A DNA stretch of 64,000 nt from an uncultured Actinomycetes bacterium (lineage in GTDB: Bacteria > Actinomycetota > Thermoleophilia > UBA2241), in contig CAVRZA010000002.1 of the NCBI GenBank assembly GCA_963725665.1, positions 96,001 through 160,000 of the forward strand, in the 5' to 3' direction. Position numbers and translations under genes: made by a program. The stretch's first letter is position 1. Each line of letters starts with the position of its first letter. A model generated the notes under the pieces. It ran no database searches, was not told the origin of the DNA, and saw only the letters and a list, made by a program, of their open reading frames with translations. Positions 22,548-34,065 of the stretch are shown here, piece by piece.

Positions 22548-23750
22548 CTACTTGCTGAGGAAGCGCTTGATCATGCGCAGGTTCGCCGCCCTGTCGGACA
22601 CGACGTAGTCGACGCCGCCGATGTAGGTCGACGCGCCCTGCATCACGAGCTTGAAGTTGTGGTTCTGGGGCGTGCGCCACTTCAGGTAGGCCAGCTCGAT
22701 GAGTTGCCGCGCCGAGAGATCGGTACCTATCCTTCTCACCATGTCCTTGCCGATCCAGGGCAGGCGGGGGAGGTTGCCGCGCGCCGCGACCTTCTTCTGT
22801 AGCGCCTGCACGACCTGCTGCTGGCGGGCCATGCGGAAGAAGTCGCTGTCGACCTTGCGCACGCGCACATACTGTTCGGCGCGCACGCCGTCCATGTGGT
22901 TCCAGCCGCGCTTGAAGGTCAGCGTGCGTCCGCCGGTGTACCACGAGCTGATGGTCCTGGGGACGTAGACGTCGACGCCGCCGACGGCGTCGATCATGGC
23001 CGGGAACCCCCGCATGCTGACGATCATGACGTGGTTGACGGGAATGCCGGTGAACTGGCGCACGGTCCTCACGCTCAACGCGGCACCGCCCCAGGCGTAG
23101 GCGGCGTTGATCTTCGACTGACCGTTGCCGGGGATGCTCACCAGCATGTCGCGTGGGATCGAGAGCTGGGCGATGCTGTGCGTCTTCGGATTGAAGCGCA
23201 TCAGCATGATGGTATCGGAGCGGGCCGGCTCGCCGCCCCGCTGGTCGACGCCGAGGACGAGTATCGTGGTCGGGTGCGTGAGGATGCTGCCGGCGGCGGG
23301 GGAGAGGACGGCGCGAGTGTGCGCGTCGACTTTCTTGTTGCTGACGGCGACGCCCGAGGCGAAGGCGCGGTAGCCGACGATGCCGTACACGAGTGCCGCG
23401 ACGAGGATGACGACAACTACGGCGAGGGGGATCGTCCACCAGCGCACGCGGCGGCGGGCGCGCGGTTCGGCCGCGCTGTGCGCAGCCGCGCTCGCCGCCT
23501 CGCCCGAGTAGACGCGCGGCTCTGCGTAGCCGCCGTTGCCGTTACCGTCGCCGCGCTGGCCGGGACGCGTGACGACGGCTCCGCCGCGCGAGCCGGCGGC
23601 TCGGGCGTCGCGCTCGCGCGGCGGCGTCTGCTCGGACGCGAGCTCCCCGGAGAGGGCGAGCTGGCCGGCGGTCGGTCTGGGGACGGACCGCCGGCCGCGG
23701 GCCTTGTAGATCCTGTACGGCTTGTCGCTCACGTTGTCGGTCTGTCGCAC
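22548..23750 (-). CDS. LCP (LytR-CpsA-Psr) family cell-envelope protein
   Basis: TM helix followed by ILVLGVD, RSDTIML, SIPRD, KINAAY, RQQQV. Confidence 0.92.
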   Translation of the reverse strand: MRQTDNVSDKPYRIYKARGRRSVPRPTAGQLALSGELASEQTPPRERDARAAGSRGGAVVTRPGQRGDGNGNGGYAEPRVYSGEAASAAAHSAAEPRARRRVRWWTIPLAVVVVILVAALVYGIVGYRAFASGVAVSNKKVDAHTRAVLSPAAGSILTHPTTILVLGVDQRGGEPARSDTIMLMRFNPKTHSIAQLSIPRDMLVSIPGNGQSKINAAYAWGGAALSVRTVRQFTGIPVNHVMIVSMRGFPAMIDAVGGVDVYVPRTISSWYTGGRTLTFKRGWNHMDGVRAEQYVRVRKVDSDFFRMARQQQVVQALQKKVAARGNLPRLPWIGKDMVRRIGTDLSARQLIELAYLKWRTPQNHNFKLVMQGASTYIGGVDYVVSDRAANLRMIKRFLSK

Positions 23751-24049
23751 CTTCCCCGCTCGCGCGGCGGCATAACGCGTCCGGCCGGAGTCAAGGGCTT
23801 CCCGGGGGACCCGGTGGCGTCTGGTAGCGTTCTACTACGACCCGTTGCGGCGGGTTTCCTGCCAGACGGGATTCTGTCAGCCTCGATTGTACTACGTGAT
23901 AGGGTAGCCCGCGCGCGGGAGGACCGCGCGGGACGACCTGCCGGGCGCTCTTCGGCGACGCGCTGGCGTCGCCGCCGCCGGCCGTCGGAGTTGTTATGGT
24001 GCGAGACTCCGATCTCGCGCCGGGAGCGGAGGCAGCATCGTGAGAGGCG

Positions 24050-25355
<1,306 letters not shown>

Positions 25356-25385
25356 TCATCCTCTCGGGGGATAGTCCGAAGTGGT

Positions 25386-25425
25386 GCGAGGGGGCCGCGG
25401 CTCTACAGAGCCGCGGCCCCCTCGC
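25386..25425 (+). terminator. Hairpin downstream of ferredoxin
   Basis: GCGAGGGGGCCGCGGCTCT-AC-AGAGCCGCGGCCCCCTCGC inverted repeat. Confidence 0.65.
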
Positions 25426-25441
25426 GCACGTCCTAACCTTG

Positions 25442-25545
25442 CCACGCGCGTCTTCCTGCGCCACGCGCTGTGAGACCACGCGCGTCTTCCTGCGCCACGC
25501 GCGCTGTGAGACCACGCGCGCTGTGAGGCCACGCTCGCTGTGAGA
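25442..25545. repeat. Composite minisatellite (A-B-A-B-B-B)
   Basis: Unit A CCACGCGCGTCTTCCTGCG at 25442 and 25476; unit B CCACGCGC(GC)TGTGAGA-like at 25461, 25495, 25512, 25529. Confidence 0.9.
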
Positions 25546-25556
25546 CAATCGCGCTC

Positions 25557-26312
25557 GTGAACGAGTGGCGCGAGTTCTTCGACGGCTACGCCGCGCAGTA
25601 CATGGACGAACCCTTCGTCACGGGTACCCACGGCGAGGTCGACTTCATCGCGCGCGAGCTCGGCCTGCCGGCCGGCGCCCGCGTCCTCGACGTCGGCTGC
25701 GGCACGGGCCGGCACGCCGTCGAGCTCGCGCGCCGCGGCTACCGGGTCACGGGGGTCGACCTGTCGCAGGGCATGCTGGATGAGGCCGTCCACGCCGCGG
25801 CTGCCGCAGGGGTCGAGGCTGCGGTCGAGTGGCATCGCGCCGACGCCGTCGATCTACGCTGGGAGGGGGAGCCTTTCGACGCCGCCATCTGTCTCTGTGA
25901 GGGAGCCTTCACGCTCCTCGGTGACGACGACCCCATCGAGCACGACGTGCGAATCCTGCGCTCGATCCACGCCGCCCTCAAGCCCGGCGCCCGCCTGGTG
26001 CTCACCGCGCTCAGTGCGGTGCGCAGGCTGCGCGAGCTCGTGGCGGAGGACCTCGCGGTAGGGGCCTTCGACCTCGAGACGATGGTCGAGGCGGAGCCGT
26101 TCACGTGGACCGGGCCGGACGGCGAGCACGTATTCGTGGGGAGGCAGCGCATGTACGTCCCCACTGAGCTCGTCATCCTCTTCCGCCAGGCCGGCTTCGC
26201 GGTCGAGCACGTCGGCGGCGGGACCGCCGGCGCGTTCGCCAAGCGACCCCTCGACCTGAACGAGATGGAGATCATGGTGATCGCGCGCAAGCTGGGCACC
26301 GTGGGGGTGTGA
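25557..26312 (+). CDS. Class I SAM-dependent methyltransferase
   Basis: VLDVGCGTGRH, VTGVDLS, FDAAICL, LKPGARL. Confidence 0.92.
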   Translation: MNEWREFFDGYAAQYMDEPFVTGTHGEVDFIARELGLPAGARVLDVGCGTGRHAVELARRGYRVTGVDLSQGMLDEAVHAAAAAGVEAAVEWHRADAVDLRWEGEPFDAAICLCEGAFTLLGDDDPIEHDVRILRSIHAALKPGARLVLTALSAVRRLRELVAEDLAVGAFDLETMVEAEPFTWTGPDGEHVFVGRQRMYVPTELVILFRQAGFAVEHVGGGTAGAFAKRPLDLNEMEIMVIARKLGTVGV

Positions 26313-26830
26313 GGGTGCGCGACGCTCTTCAAGGCCTGCAGATCCGGCCCGTCACGGTCGACGACGCTGAAGGTGTCGCACGCGTCCTGAACGAAGCCAT
26401 CGTCGATGGCCGCTTCAGCCTCCTCGACACGCCGTTCTCGGTGGCTGCGGAGCGGCAGTACATCGCCGCCTTTCCCGCACGGGGCGTCTTCAACGTGGCG
26501 GAGCTCGACGGCGAGGGCATCATCGCCGTGCAGAGCCTCGAGCCGTTTTCGCAGTACGCGACGCACGAGCACGACCACGTGCTTACCATGGGGACCTGGG
26601 TGGGCGAACCTTTCCGCCGCCGCGGCGTCGCCGGCCGGCTCGCGGAGACGTCCTTCGCGGCTGCCCGCGAGCGGGGCTTCGAGAAGGTGTTCACCGATAT
26701 GCGGGCCGACAACCTGCCGTCGCTCGCCTTTCACCTGGCTCTGGGGTTCACGGTCGTCGGTACGGCCCGCCGGCAGGCGCGCGTCGGCGACCGCTACGTC
26801 GACGTCGTGTTCGTCGAGCGGTTCCTGTAG
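26309..26830 (+). CDS. GNAT family N-acetyltransferase
   Basis: V.EPFRRRGVA acetyl-CoA motif, N..SLAFH..LGF. Confidence 0.9.
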   Translation: MRVRDALQGLQIRPVTVDDAEGVARVLNEAIVDGRFSLLDTPFSVAAERQYIAAFPARGVFNVAELDGEGIIAVQSLEPFSQYATHEHDHVLTMGTWVGEPFRRRGVAGRLAETSFAAARERGFEKVFTDMRADNLPSLAFHLALGFTVVGTARRQARVGDRYVDVVFVERFL

Positions 26831-26835
26831 GCGGC

Positions 26836-27678
26836 ATGCTCTACGTCTGCGCCACGCCGATCGGCAACCTCGGGGATGTCACCCTGCGCGTGCTCGACAC
26901 GCTGCGCGCCGTCGAGCTCATCGCCGCCGAGGACACGAGGCACACGCGCAAGCTCCTCGCACGCTACGACATCCACACTCCGCTGACGAGCCTCTTCGAG
27001 CACAACGAGGCGCGCAAGACCACCTATGTGCTCGGACTTCTGCGCGACGGGAAGGACGTGGCCCTCGTCACCGACGCCGGCACGCCCGGCGTCTCAGACC
27101 CCGGCTCGCGGCTCGTTGCGGCTGCGCTGCGGGAGGGTCTGCCGCTCACGGTTGTCCCGGGTGCTTCGGCTGTCGCCACGGCGGTCGCGGCGTCTGGCCT
27201 CGTGAGGGAAGACGGCTTCCGCTTCGTCGGCTACCTGCCGCGGCGCGCGACGGAGTTGCGCGCCGCGGCAGGTAGCTGGGTCGCCGACGGGGGCGTCGTC
27301 GTGGCTTTCGAGACGCCGCGGCGTCTGGCGCGCAGCTTGGCCGAGCTCGCGGCGGTCGCCCCCGATGTCGCGGGGGCGGTGTGCCGCGAGCTTACGAAGC
27401 TGCACGAGGAGGTCGTGCTGGGCACGCTCGTGGAGCTCGCCGAGCGCTTTGCCGCCGGTGCGCGGGGCGAGATAACGCTGGTGCTCGACCTCGGGCCGGG
27501 TGCGCGCCGGGCGCGGGGTGCCGTGCGGCTCGAGAGCGGCGAGGCGAGCGCCGCAGCCGCGTCGCTTCTCGCCAAAGGGCTTTCGCCGCGCGATGCGGCC
27601 ACGGCGCTCGCCGTCTGTCTCGGGCTCTCGCGTAACGAGGCCCACCGTCTGGTCGGGGAGTCGTCGCGGCCGAGATGA
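26836..27678 (+). CDS. rsmI: 16S rRNA (cytidine1402-2'-O)-methyltransferase
   Basis: LYVCATPIGNLGD, AEDTR, DAGTPGVSDPG, RELTKLHEE. Confidence 0.96.
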   Translation: MLYVCATPIGNLGDVTLRVLDTLRAVELIAAEDTRHTRKLLARYDIHTPLTSLFEHNEARKTTYVLGLLRDGKDVALVTDAGTPGVSDPGSRLVAAALREGLPLTVVPGASAVATAVAASGLVREDGFRFVGYLPRRATELRAAAGSWVADGGVVVAFETPRRLARSLAELAAVAPDVAGAVCRELTKLHEEVVLGTLVELAERFAAGARGEITLVLDLGPGARRARGAVRLESGEASAAAASLLAKGLSPRDAATALAVCLGLSRNEAHRLVGESSRPR

Positions 27679-28349
27679 GCGGGTACGACCCAGCCGGAGC
27701 AGACAGGTCACCCGAAGGCGCGGGAGTGGACAGGGGCGCGGGAGCAGACACGCCAACGAGAGCGGGCGGGCTACCCACGGGCGAGGTAGACGGCCCACCC
27801 GCGGGCCCCGCGGTCACGCCGCCTGTGGGGGCTGCGAGCGGCCGCGCGCGAGGTCGTATCGCGCGGCCACTCCTCGTCGTCTGCCTGCTGGCGCTCGCCG
27901 TGGTCGCCAGCGGTGCGGCGTTGTTCCGGTCGGCCCCGGATGCGCGCTGGTACTACGCTGCGAACACGGGAGTCCTGCTGCGCCTGCAGCCGCTTCCCGA
28001 CGCGAGGCAGGTCGCGCTGAACTCGTTCCGCCACGCCGACCCTCGCAGCGACGCGCCGGTGTTCAAGGTCACCTGGTACACGACGCGAGTCGCATACGCG
28101 GTCCCACGCGGCACCTCTGCGGGAGCGATCGTGAGCTTCTATCGCTTCCAGCTCGAGCCCCTGTGGACGTGCCGGACTCTGAGCCAGGACGTCGTGCAGG
28201 GCGACAAGACTGTGGCCCAGATGCCGGGTCTGCAGGCGTCGCAGGGCGATATGTTCGTCACCGTCCTGACGTCGAGCATGATGGGCGCCAACGGGCAGCA
28301 ACGCGCGCACCCGCGCTACACGGTGCAGGTGGACTACCGCGTGGAGTGA
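27675..28349 (+). CDS. Hypothetical membrane-anchored protein
   Basis: Overlaps the rsmI stop (ATGA); disordered N-terminus, one hydrophobic helix, no recognised family. Confidence 0.65.
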   Translation: MSGYDPAGADRSPEGAGVDRGAGADTPTRAGGLPTGEVDGPPAGPAVTPPVGAASGRARGRIARPLLVVCLLALAVVASGAALFRSAPDARWYYAANTGVLLRLQPLPDARQVALNSFRHADPRSDAPVFKVTWYTTRVAYAVPRGTSAGAIVSFYRFQLEPLWTCRTLSQDVVQGDKTVAQMPGLQASQGDMFVTVLTSSMMGANGQQRAHPRYTVQVDYRVE

Positions 28350-28410
28350 GAGACGGTGCCAGCGCCACCGGGTAGACTAGCGACGTGAGCGGCGTGCGAA
28401 GGGAGGCAGG

Positions 28411-29292
28411 ATGGACTTCCTGACGACTCTGCACGAGCGTACGCTCGTGCTCGACGGGGCCATGGGCAGCGAGCTGCTGACCCGCGGCTTCAGCACGCGC
28501 GAGTGTCCGGAGCTCTGGAACGTCTCGAACCCCGACGTCGTCGCCGACATCCATCGCGGCTACTTCGCCGCCGGCTCCGACGTCGTGCACACCAACACCT
28601 TCGGCGGCAGCCGGCCCAAGCTGGCGGCGTATCACTGCCAAGAGCGCACGCAGGAGCTCAACGAAGCCGGCGCCCGCCTAGCGGTCGCAGTACGCGACGA
28701 GGCGGCGCCGGGACGCTTCGTGGCCGGTGACGTCGGCTCCGCGGGAAGGCTCCTCAGACCGATGGGCGACATGGACCCGCGCGAGCTGGAGGAGGTCTTC
28801 GTCGAGCAGATCGAGGCGCTGGCGCGGGGCGGCGTCGATCTCGTGAGCATCGAGACCATGTTCGACCTCGAAGAGGCGCGCCTGGCCGTCAAGGCCGCCC
28901 GTGAGGTCAGCCGTCTGCCCGTCTCTGCCGCGATGACGTTCAACCGCACGCCCAAGGGCTACCGCACCATGATGGGTGTCACGACTCAGCAGGCCGTGGA
29001 GAGTCTGCTCTCCGAGGGCGCCGACGTCGTGGGCTGCAACTGCACGCTGACCGCCGATGACATGATCGAGCTGGTCGGCGACCTGCGCCGGGCGACGGAC
29101 GGCCCGCTGCTCGCTGAGCCCAACGCCGGGCAACCACGTCTGCAGAACGGCCACACGATCTATGAGGAGACGGCGGAGCACTTCGCCGAGGGAGCGGTCG
29201 AGATCGTCGCCCAGGGCGCCGACCTGATCGGGGGCTGCTGCGGCACGAACGCGACCTTCATCGCCACGCTCGTGGCGAGCCTGGGTCGCTAG
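28411..29292 (+). CDS. Homocysteine S-methyltransferase family protein (stand-alone MetH Hcy-binding domain)
   Basis: LDGAMGSEL, TNTFG, IETM.DL.E, GCNC, PNAG, IGGCCGT. Confidence 0.92.
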   Translation: MDFLTTLHERTLVLDGAMGSELLTRGFSTRECPELWNVSNPDVVADIHRGYFAAGSDVVHTNTFGGSRPKLAAYHCQERTQELNEAGARLAVAVRDEAAPGRFVAGDVGSAGRLLRPMGDMDPRELEEVFVEQIEALARGGVDLVSIETMFDLEEARLAVKAAREVSRLPVSAAMTFNRTPKGYRTMMGVTTQQAVESLLSEGADVVGCNCTLTADDMIELVGDLRRATDGPLLAEPNAGQPRLQNGHTIYEETAEHFAEGAVEIVAQGADLIGGCCGTNATFIATLVASLGR

Positions 29293-30257
29293 GCGCTGTC
29301 CGAACGAGGTGCGAGCGCGGCGCCGAGCGTGTCGAGCGCGAGACGCACGGCATGCAGCGCCGTTAGCTGCGCCGGGTCGTAGAGCGGGTCCACTTCGACG
29401 ACGTCCATGCCGATCAACCGCCCTCGCCGCGCCACCGCGCGCAACAGCGCCTTGGCCTCGTAGTAGGTGAGACCACCCGGCTCGGGCGTGCCGGTGCCCG
29501 GCGCGATGGCCGGGTCGAGCGCGTCGATGTCGAGCGTGACGTACACCGGTTCTCCCGGCTCGATGTGCGCCACGAGCTCCTCGACGGGCGTCCTCTTGAC
29601 CTCCTCGGCCCAGCGGATCGTCACGCCGCGGCTGCGCGCCAGCTCGATGTTGTCGGCAGGCGTGTGCAGGCCGCGGATGCCGAACTGGGTCACGCCGGCC
29701 ACCAAAGCGGCCTCGTGGGAGCGGATGATGGGGCTGGCGTGCGTCGTCGTGACCCCGCCCTCTTCCTCCCAGTAGTCCATGTGCGTGTCGAGCTGCACCA
29801 GGTGGGGTCGACGGCCGGCGAAACCCTGCAGCACCGGGTAGGTGATGGAGTGGTCGCCGCCGAGGACGAGGGGGAGGAGGCCGGCCTCGAGCAGGGCGGC
29901 GACGCGCGCTGCAACGATCGGGTGGTTGCGCTCAGCCGGCGCCATGGTCGGCAGTCCTATGTCGCCGACATCGACGAAGCGAACGCCGCCTAGGACCTCG
30001 GTCTTGGCCTCGCCGTCGTAGTAGGGCTCGTCGCCGCTGCGGTAGGCGTAGAAGAGCGAGACCTCACGCATGGCGCGAGGGCCATAGCGAGCACCGGGAC
30101 GGTTCGTGACTCCCTCGTCGAAAGGGATGCCCAGCACGGCGACCTGGCCGTCGGCCGTTGTCGGCTCGGGCACATACGGAGCTCCCAAGAACGTCGGGAT
30201 GCCGCTGTAAGGAATGGCTGGGTGCTCCCGGCGCTCGCCCATGGAGCGAGCATACAC
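29289..30257 (-). CDS. Agmatinase / ureohydrolase family protein
   Basis: RPGARYGP, LGGDHSIT, D.H.D, TLDIDALDPAIAPGTGTPEPGG. Confidence 0.9.
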   Translation of the reverse strand: MYARSMGERREHPAIPYSGIPTFLGAPYVPEPTTADGQVAVLGIPFDEGVTNRPGARYGPRAMREVSLFYAYRSGDEPYYDGEAKTEVLGGVRFVDVGDIGLPTMAPAERNHPIVAARVAALLEAGLLPLVLGGDHSITYPVLQGFAGRRPHLVQLDTHMDYWEEEGGVTTTHASPIIRSHEAALVAGVTQFGIRGLHTPADNIELARSRGVTIRWAEEVKRTPVEELVAHIEPGEPVYVTLDIDALDPAIAPGTGTPEPGGLTYYEAKALLRAVARRGRLIGMDVVEVDPLYDPAQLTALHAVRLALDTLGAALAPRSDSA

Positions 30258-30308
30258 GAACGATGCCGGTGGTAGGATAGCCCCTCGACACCGCGCGAGG
30301 AGGCTCCC

Positions 30309-30881
30309 ATGAAGATCCAGCGTCGCCCGTCGACGTTCGTGCTGCCGGTGCCGGCTGCGCTCATCACGGTCGCGACGCCGGAAGGTCCGGGCAACATCAT
30401 CACGTTGGCCTGGGTCGGCGCGGTATGCTCGGCGCCGCCCATGCTGAGCATCTCGGTGCGCCCCTCGCGCTACTCCTACGAGCTGCTAAGACGCTCGAAC
30501 GAGTTCGTGGTCAACATTCCACGGGCCGATCAGGTGGAGCTGGTCGACCTGTGCGGGATCGTCTCGGGAATGGATACCGACAAGTTCGCGCTCACCGGCT
30601 TCCACCCCGCCAAGGCGGCGAACGTGGCGGCCCCGCTGATCGAGGAATGTCCCATCAACCTCGAGTGCGTCACGCGTCACAGGCTCTCGCTCGGCGTGCA
30701 CGACCTCTTCATCGGCGAGATCGTGGCGGCGCACTTCAACGAAGACGTCATCGACGGGCGCGGGCGGCTCGACAAGTCGCGCCTCGACCCGCTGGCGTAC
30801 GTGGACGGCGAGTACTGGAGCCTCAGGGAGAAAGTGGGGAGCTACGGGTTCGCCAAGAAGCGTCTCCAGGGCAAGAAGTAG
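30309..30881 (+). CDS. Flavin reductase-like FMN-binding protein
   Basis: NIITLAW, EFVVNIP, APLIEECPINLEC, HDLFIGEI. Confidence 0.9.
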   Translation: MKIQRRPSTFVLPVPAALITVATPEGPGNIITLAWVGAVCSAPPMLSISVRPSRYSYELLRRSNEFVVNIPRADQVELVDLCGIVSGMDTDKFALTGFHPAKAANVAAPLIEECPINLECVTRHRLSLGVHDLFIGEIVAAHFNEDVIDGRGRLDKSRLDPLAYVDGEYWSLREKVGSYGFAKKRLQGKK

Positions 30882-30908
30882 GACGACCACCCGGACGCGA
30901 AGGGAACG

Positions 30909-32423
30909 ATGCGCTTCTACATCACGACGCCGATCTACTACGTCAACGCCGAGCCGCATCTTGGCCACGCCTACACGACGATAGCCACCGATGTGCTGGC
31001 CCGTTACCACCGGGCCAAAGGCGACGACGTCTTCTTCCTGACCGGTGTCGACGAGCACGGCTCGAAGATCGCCCAGGCGGCCCAGGAGCGCGGGCTCTCG
31101 CCGCGCGAGCACGTCGACCGCCTGGCGCCGCGCTTCCGCGAGCTCGTCGGCCAGCTCGACGCGACGGCCGATTTCTTCATGCGCACGACCGACCCCGAGC
31201 ACGAGGCCTTCGTGCAGCGCTTCGTCGAACGGATGCGCGACGCGGGCGACATCGAGAAACGCACCTACGGCGGCCTCTACTGCCAGGCGTGCGAGGGGTT
31301 CTACTACGAGCGCGACCTGGTCGACGGCAGGTGTCCGATCCACGGTACGGAGCCGGTGTGGCTGGAGGAGGAGAACTACTACTTCAAGCTGTCCTCCTAT
31401 CAGGACCGGCTCGCCGACTGGTATCGCACGCATCCGGGCTGGGTGCGGCCGCGGTCGCGCTATAACGAGGCGCTCTCGTTCATCGAGCAAGGGCTCGAGG
31501 ACATCTCGATCAGCCGCGAGTCGATCACCTGGGGCATCCCCGTGCCGTGGGACGAGAAGCAGGTCATCTACGTCTGGGTCGACGCCCTCATCAACTACCT
31601 TTCGGCACTCACCTACGCCGTGCCGGGAGAGGACCTGGCCGTCGTCTACTGGCCGGCGCAGGTGCACATGATGTCGAAGGACATCCTCAAGTTCCACGCC
31701 GTCATCTGGCCCGCGTTGCTCATGAGCGCAGGGTACGAGCTGCCCGAGGGGGAGTTCATCCACGGCTATCTCCTCTTCGGCGGCGAGAAGATGAGCAAGA
31801 CGCGCGGCAACGTTCTCGATCCGTTCGCCGTCATCGAGCAGTACGGCGTCGACCCGCTGCGCTACTACCTTCTGCGCGAGGTCACCTTCGGGCTCGATGG
31901 CGACATCAGCCTGAACGGGTTCGAGAGCCGCTACAACACGGAGCTCGCCAACGAGCTGGGCAACCTCGTCAGCCGCACGGTGTCGATGGTGGGCAAGTAC
32001 CGCGGCGGCCGCGTGCCGGCGACGGCCGGCCCGCCCGCGCTGGCGCGCGAGGCGGAGGCGGCCGTCGCCGAGTACGGCCGCCGCATGGACGAGATCGAGG
32101 TCACGGCTGCGCTCGAGGCGCTCTGGGAGCTGGTGCGTCGGCTCAACCGCTACGTCGAGGAAGAGGCGCCCTGGAAGCTCGCCAAAGACGAGGCGCAGGC
32201 GCCGCGACTCGACGAGGTGCTCCAGGGGCTCGTCGCGGGCCTGCGCCTCGTCGCCCTGTGCCTGCACCCCTTCATGCCCTCTACGGCCGTCGAGATCTTG
32301 CGCCGCATCGGGCAGCCGAGCGGCGAGGACGACCTGCGCCTCGATCGCGCCGTCTGGGACCTCGCCGTCGTGGGCGTCGTCGAGCAGGCGCCTTCGCTGT
32401 TCCCGCGCATCGAGGTCGAGTAG
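30909..32423 (+). CDS. metG: Methionine-tRNA ligase (short form)
   Basis: FYITTPIYYVN..PHLGH, KMSKT, ELANELGNL. Confidence 0.97.
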   Translation: MRFYITTPIYYVNAEPHLGHAYTTIATDVLARYHRAKGDDVFFLTGVDEHGSKIAQAAQERGLSPREHVDRLAPRFRELVGQLDATADFFMRTTDPEHEAFVQRFVERMRDAGDIEKRTYGGLYCQACEGFYYERDLVDGRCPIHGTEPVWLEEENYYFKLSSYQDRLADWYRTHPGWVRPRSRYNEALSFIEQGLEDISISRESITWGIPVPWDEKQVIYVWVDALINYLSALTYAVPGEDLAVVYWPAQVHMMSKDILKFHAVIWPALLMSAGYELPEGEFIHGYLLFGGEKMSKTRGNVLDPFAVIEQYGVDPLRYYLLREVTFGLDGDISLNGFESRYNTELANELGNLVSRTVSMVGKYRGGRVPATAGPPALAREAEAAVAEYGRRMDEIEVTAALEALWELVRRLNRYVEEEAPWKLAKDEAQAPRLDEVLQGLVAGLRLVALCLHPFMPSTAVEILRRIGQPSGEDDLRLDRAVWDLAVVGVVEQAPSLFPRIEVE

Positions 32424-32439
32424 CCTCCCGGGGGCTCCG

Positions 32440-33215
32440 ATGGGCGCGCTTGCCGCTGCTGGTCTTGTCGACTCCCACTGTCACCTGGACCTGCTCTCGG
32501 TGGGGGCGGACGACGCTCTGGCTGCGGCGCGCGAGGCCGGTGTCGACACGGTCGTCGCCGTCGGTATCGATGTCGCCTCATCGTCGCGCGCCGTCGACCT
32601 CGCGTTTCGCCACGGCGGCGTGTACGCCACCGTGGGTCTGCACCCGCACGACGCGTCGACCTTCGACGACCGTCTGCTCGACGAGCTCGAGCGCCTGGCG
32701 TCGTCGCCCAAGGTCGTCGCGATCGGCGAGACCGGGCTCGACTACTACCGCGAGCGCTCGCCCCGCGACGCCCAACGGCGCGCCTTCCTCTGGCAGGTGG
32801 AGCTGGCGCGCGAGACGGGTAAGACGCTCGTCGTGCACATGCGCGAGGCCGCGCCCGACGCCTTCGCGCTGCTCGGCGAGCATGCCGAGGGGCTGCGGGT
32901 CGTCCTGCACTGCTTCTCGGCCGTCGCGTACGTGGGGGAGTGCAACGCGCGCGGCTACTACGTCTCGTTCGCCGGCAACCTCACCTACAAGAACGCCGGC
33001 GACCTGGGCGAGGCGGCGCGCTTCGTGCGCGAGGAGCTCGTGCTGTCGAGACCGACGCTCCGTTCCTCGCGCCGGTACCCATGCGGGGCAAGGACAACGT
33101 CCCCGCCTGGCTGACCTTCACCGCGGCGCGGCTGGGGGAGCTGCGCGGCTGGTCTGCCGAGAAGACGGCGTCGGTCACCTCGCGGAACGCCCGCCGCGCC
33201 TTCGGCCTGGGGTGA
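32440..33215 (+). CDS. tatD: TatD family DNase with a 1-nt frameshift near 33045 (possible sequencing error)
   Basis: DSHCHL, GLHPH, AIGETGLDY, LHCF; C-terminal ETDAPFLAP is in another frame (CTG TC GAG ACC where CTG GTC GAG ACC is expected). Confidence 0.9.
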
Positions 33216-33218
33216 GCG

Positions 33219-34055
33219 ATGGCCCGGGTTCGCCCTGACGACCACGACCGTCCACCCCGGCCGCGTGCGCTGCGGCGCTACGGTCAGAACCACCTCGTCG
33301 ACGCCAACATCCTGCGCGTGATCCTTGCCCTCGCGGCCGTGCGCGCCGACGACGTCGTGCTCGAGGTGGGCGCGGCCGACGGGTTGCTGACCCAGCACCT
33401 GGCCGAGCAGGCCAGGGGGGTGCACGCGTTCGAGATCGACGGGCGCTACGCGGCCGCGCTCGAAGCGCTGGCTGCCAAGCGCCCGTCGCTCCACCTGCAC
33501 CTGCGCGACGCCCTCAAGACGCGCCTCGACGAGCTGGACCCGATGCCGACCATCCTCGTCGCGAACCTGGCCTACAACATCGCCATCCCGCTCATCGTCG
33601 AGACGGTCGGTCATCTGCCGGCGCTCGATCGCTGGGCGGTGATGGCGCAGAAGGAGCTCGAGGAGCGCCTGTTTGCCGCGCCGCGGGTCAAGGCATACTC
33701 AGCCGTGTCCGTGCTCGTGCAGCTCGCCTGCGAGCGCACGGGGCTGCGACAGGTTCCGCGGACGGCCTTCTCGCCCGTGCCCCGCGTCGACTCGGTCTTC
33801 GTCACCTTCAGACGGCGGCGGGAGGGACTGCCCGACGGCTACGAGGACTTGGAGAAGCTGGTGCGCCTCGGCTTCGGCCAGCGGCGCAAGATGCTGCTGA
33901 ACTCGCTGGCCGGCGCGGCGCACGGCGGCGTCGCACTGGTGCGCGACGACGTGCGCCGCGCCCTGGTGGCGCTGGGGGTGAACGAAAGCGCCCGGCCGGA
34001 GGAGCTCACTCCCCATCAGTTCGTCGCGCTGGCGCGCGAGCTGGGCTGGACGTAG
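33219..34055 (+). CDS. rsmA: 16S rRNA dimethyladenosine transferase
   Basis: YGQNHL.D, VLEVG, VANLAYNI, F.PVPRVDS, QRRKML. Confidence 0.93.
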   Translation: MARVRPDDHDRPPRPRALRRYGQNHLVDANILRVILALAAVRADDVVLEVGAADGLLTQHLAEQARGVHAFEIDGRYAAALEALAAKRPSLHLHLRDALKTRLDELDPMPTILVANLAYNIAIPLIVETVGHLPALDRWAVMAQKELEERLFAAPRVKAYSAVSVLVQLACERTGLRQVPRTAFSPVPRVDSVFVTFRRRREGLPDGYEDLEKLVRLGFGQRRKMLLNSLAGAAHGGVALVRDDVRRALVALGVNESARPEELTPHQFVALARELGWT

Positions 34056-34065
34056 AGGAGGGACG

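Noticed and set aside
25442-25545. Possible CRISPR array
   Set aside because: Units are 15-19 nt and contiguous, with no unique spacers and no cas genes; this is a minisatellite.
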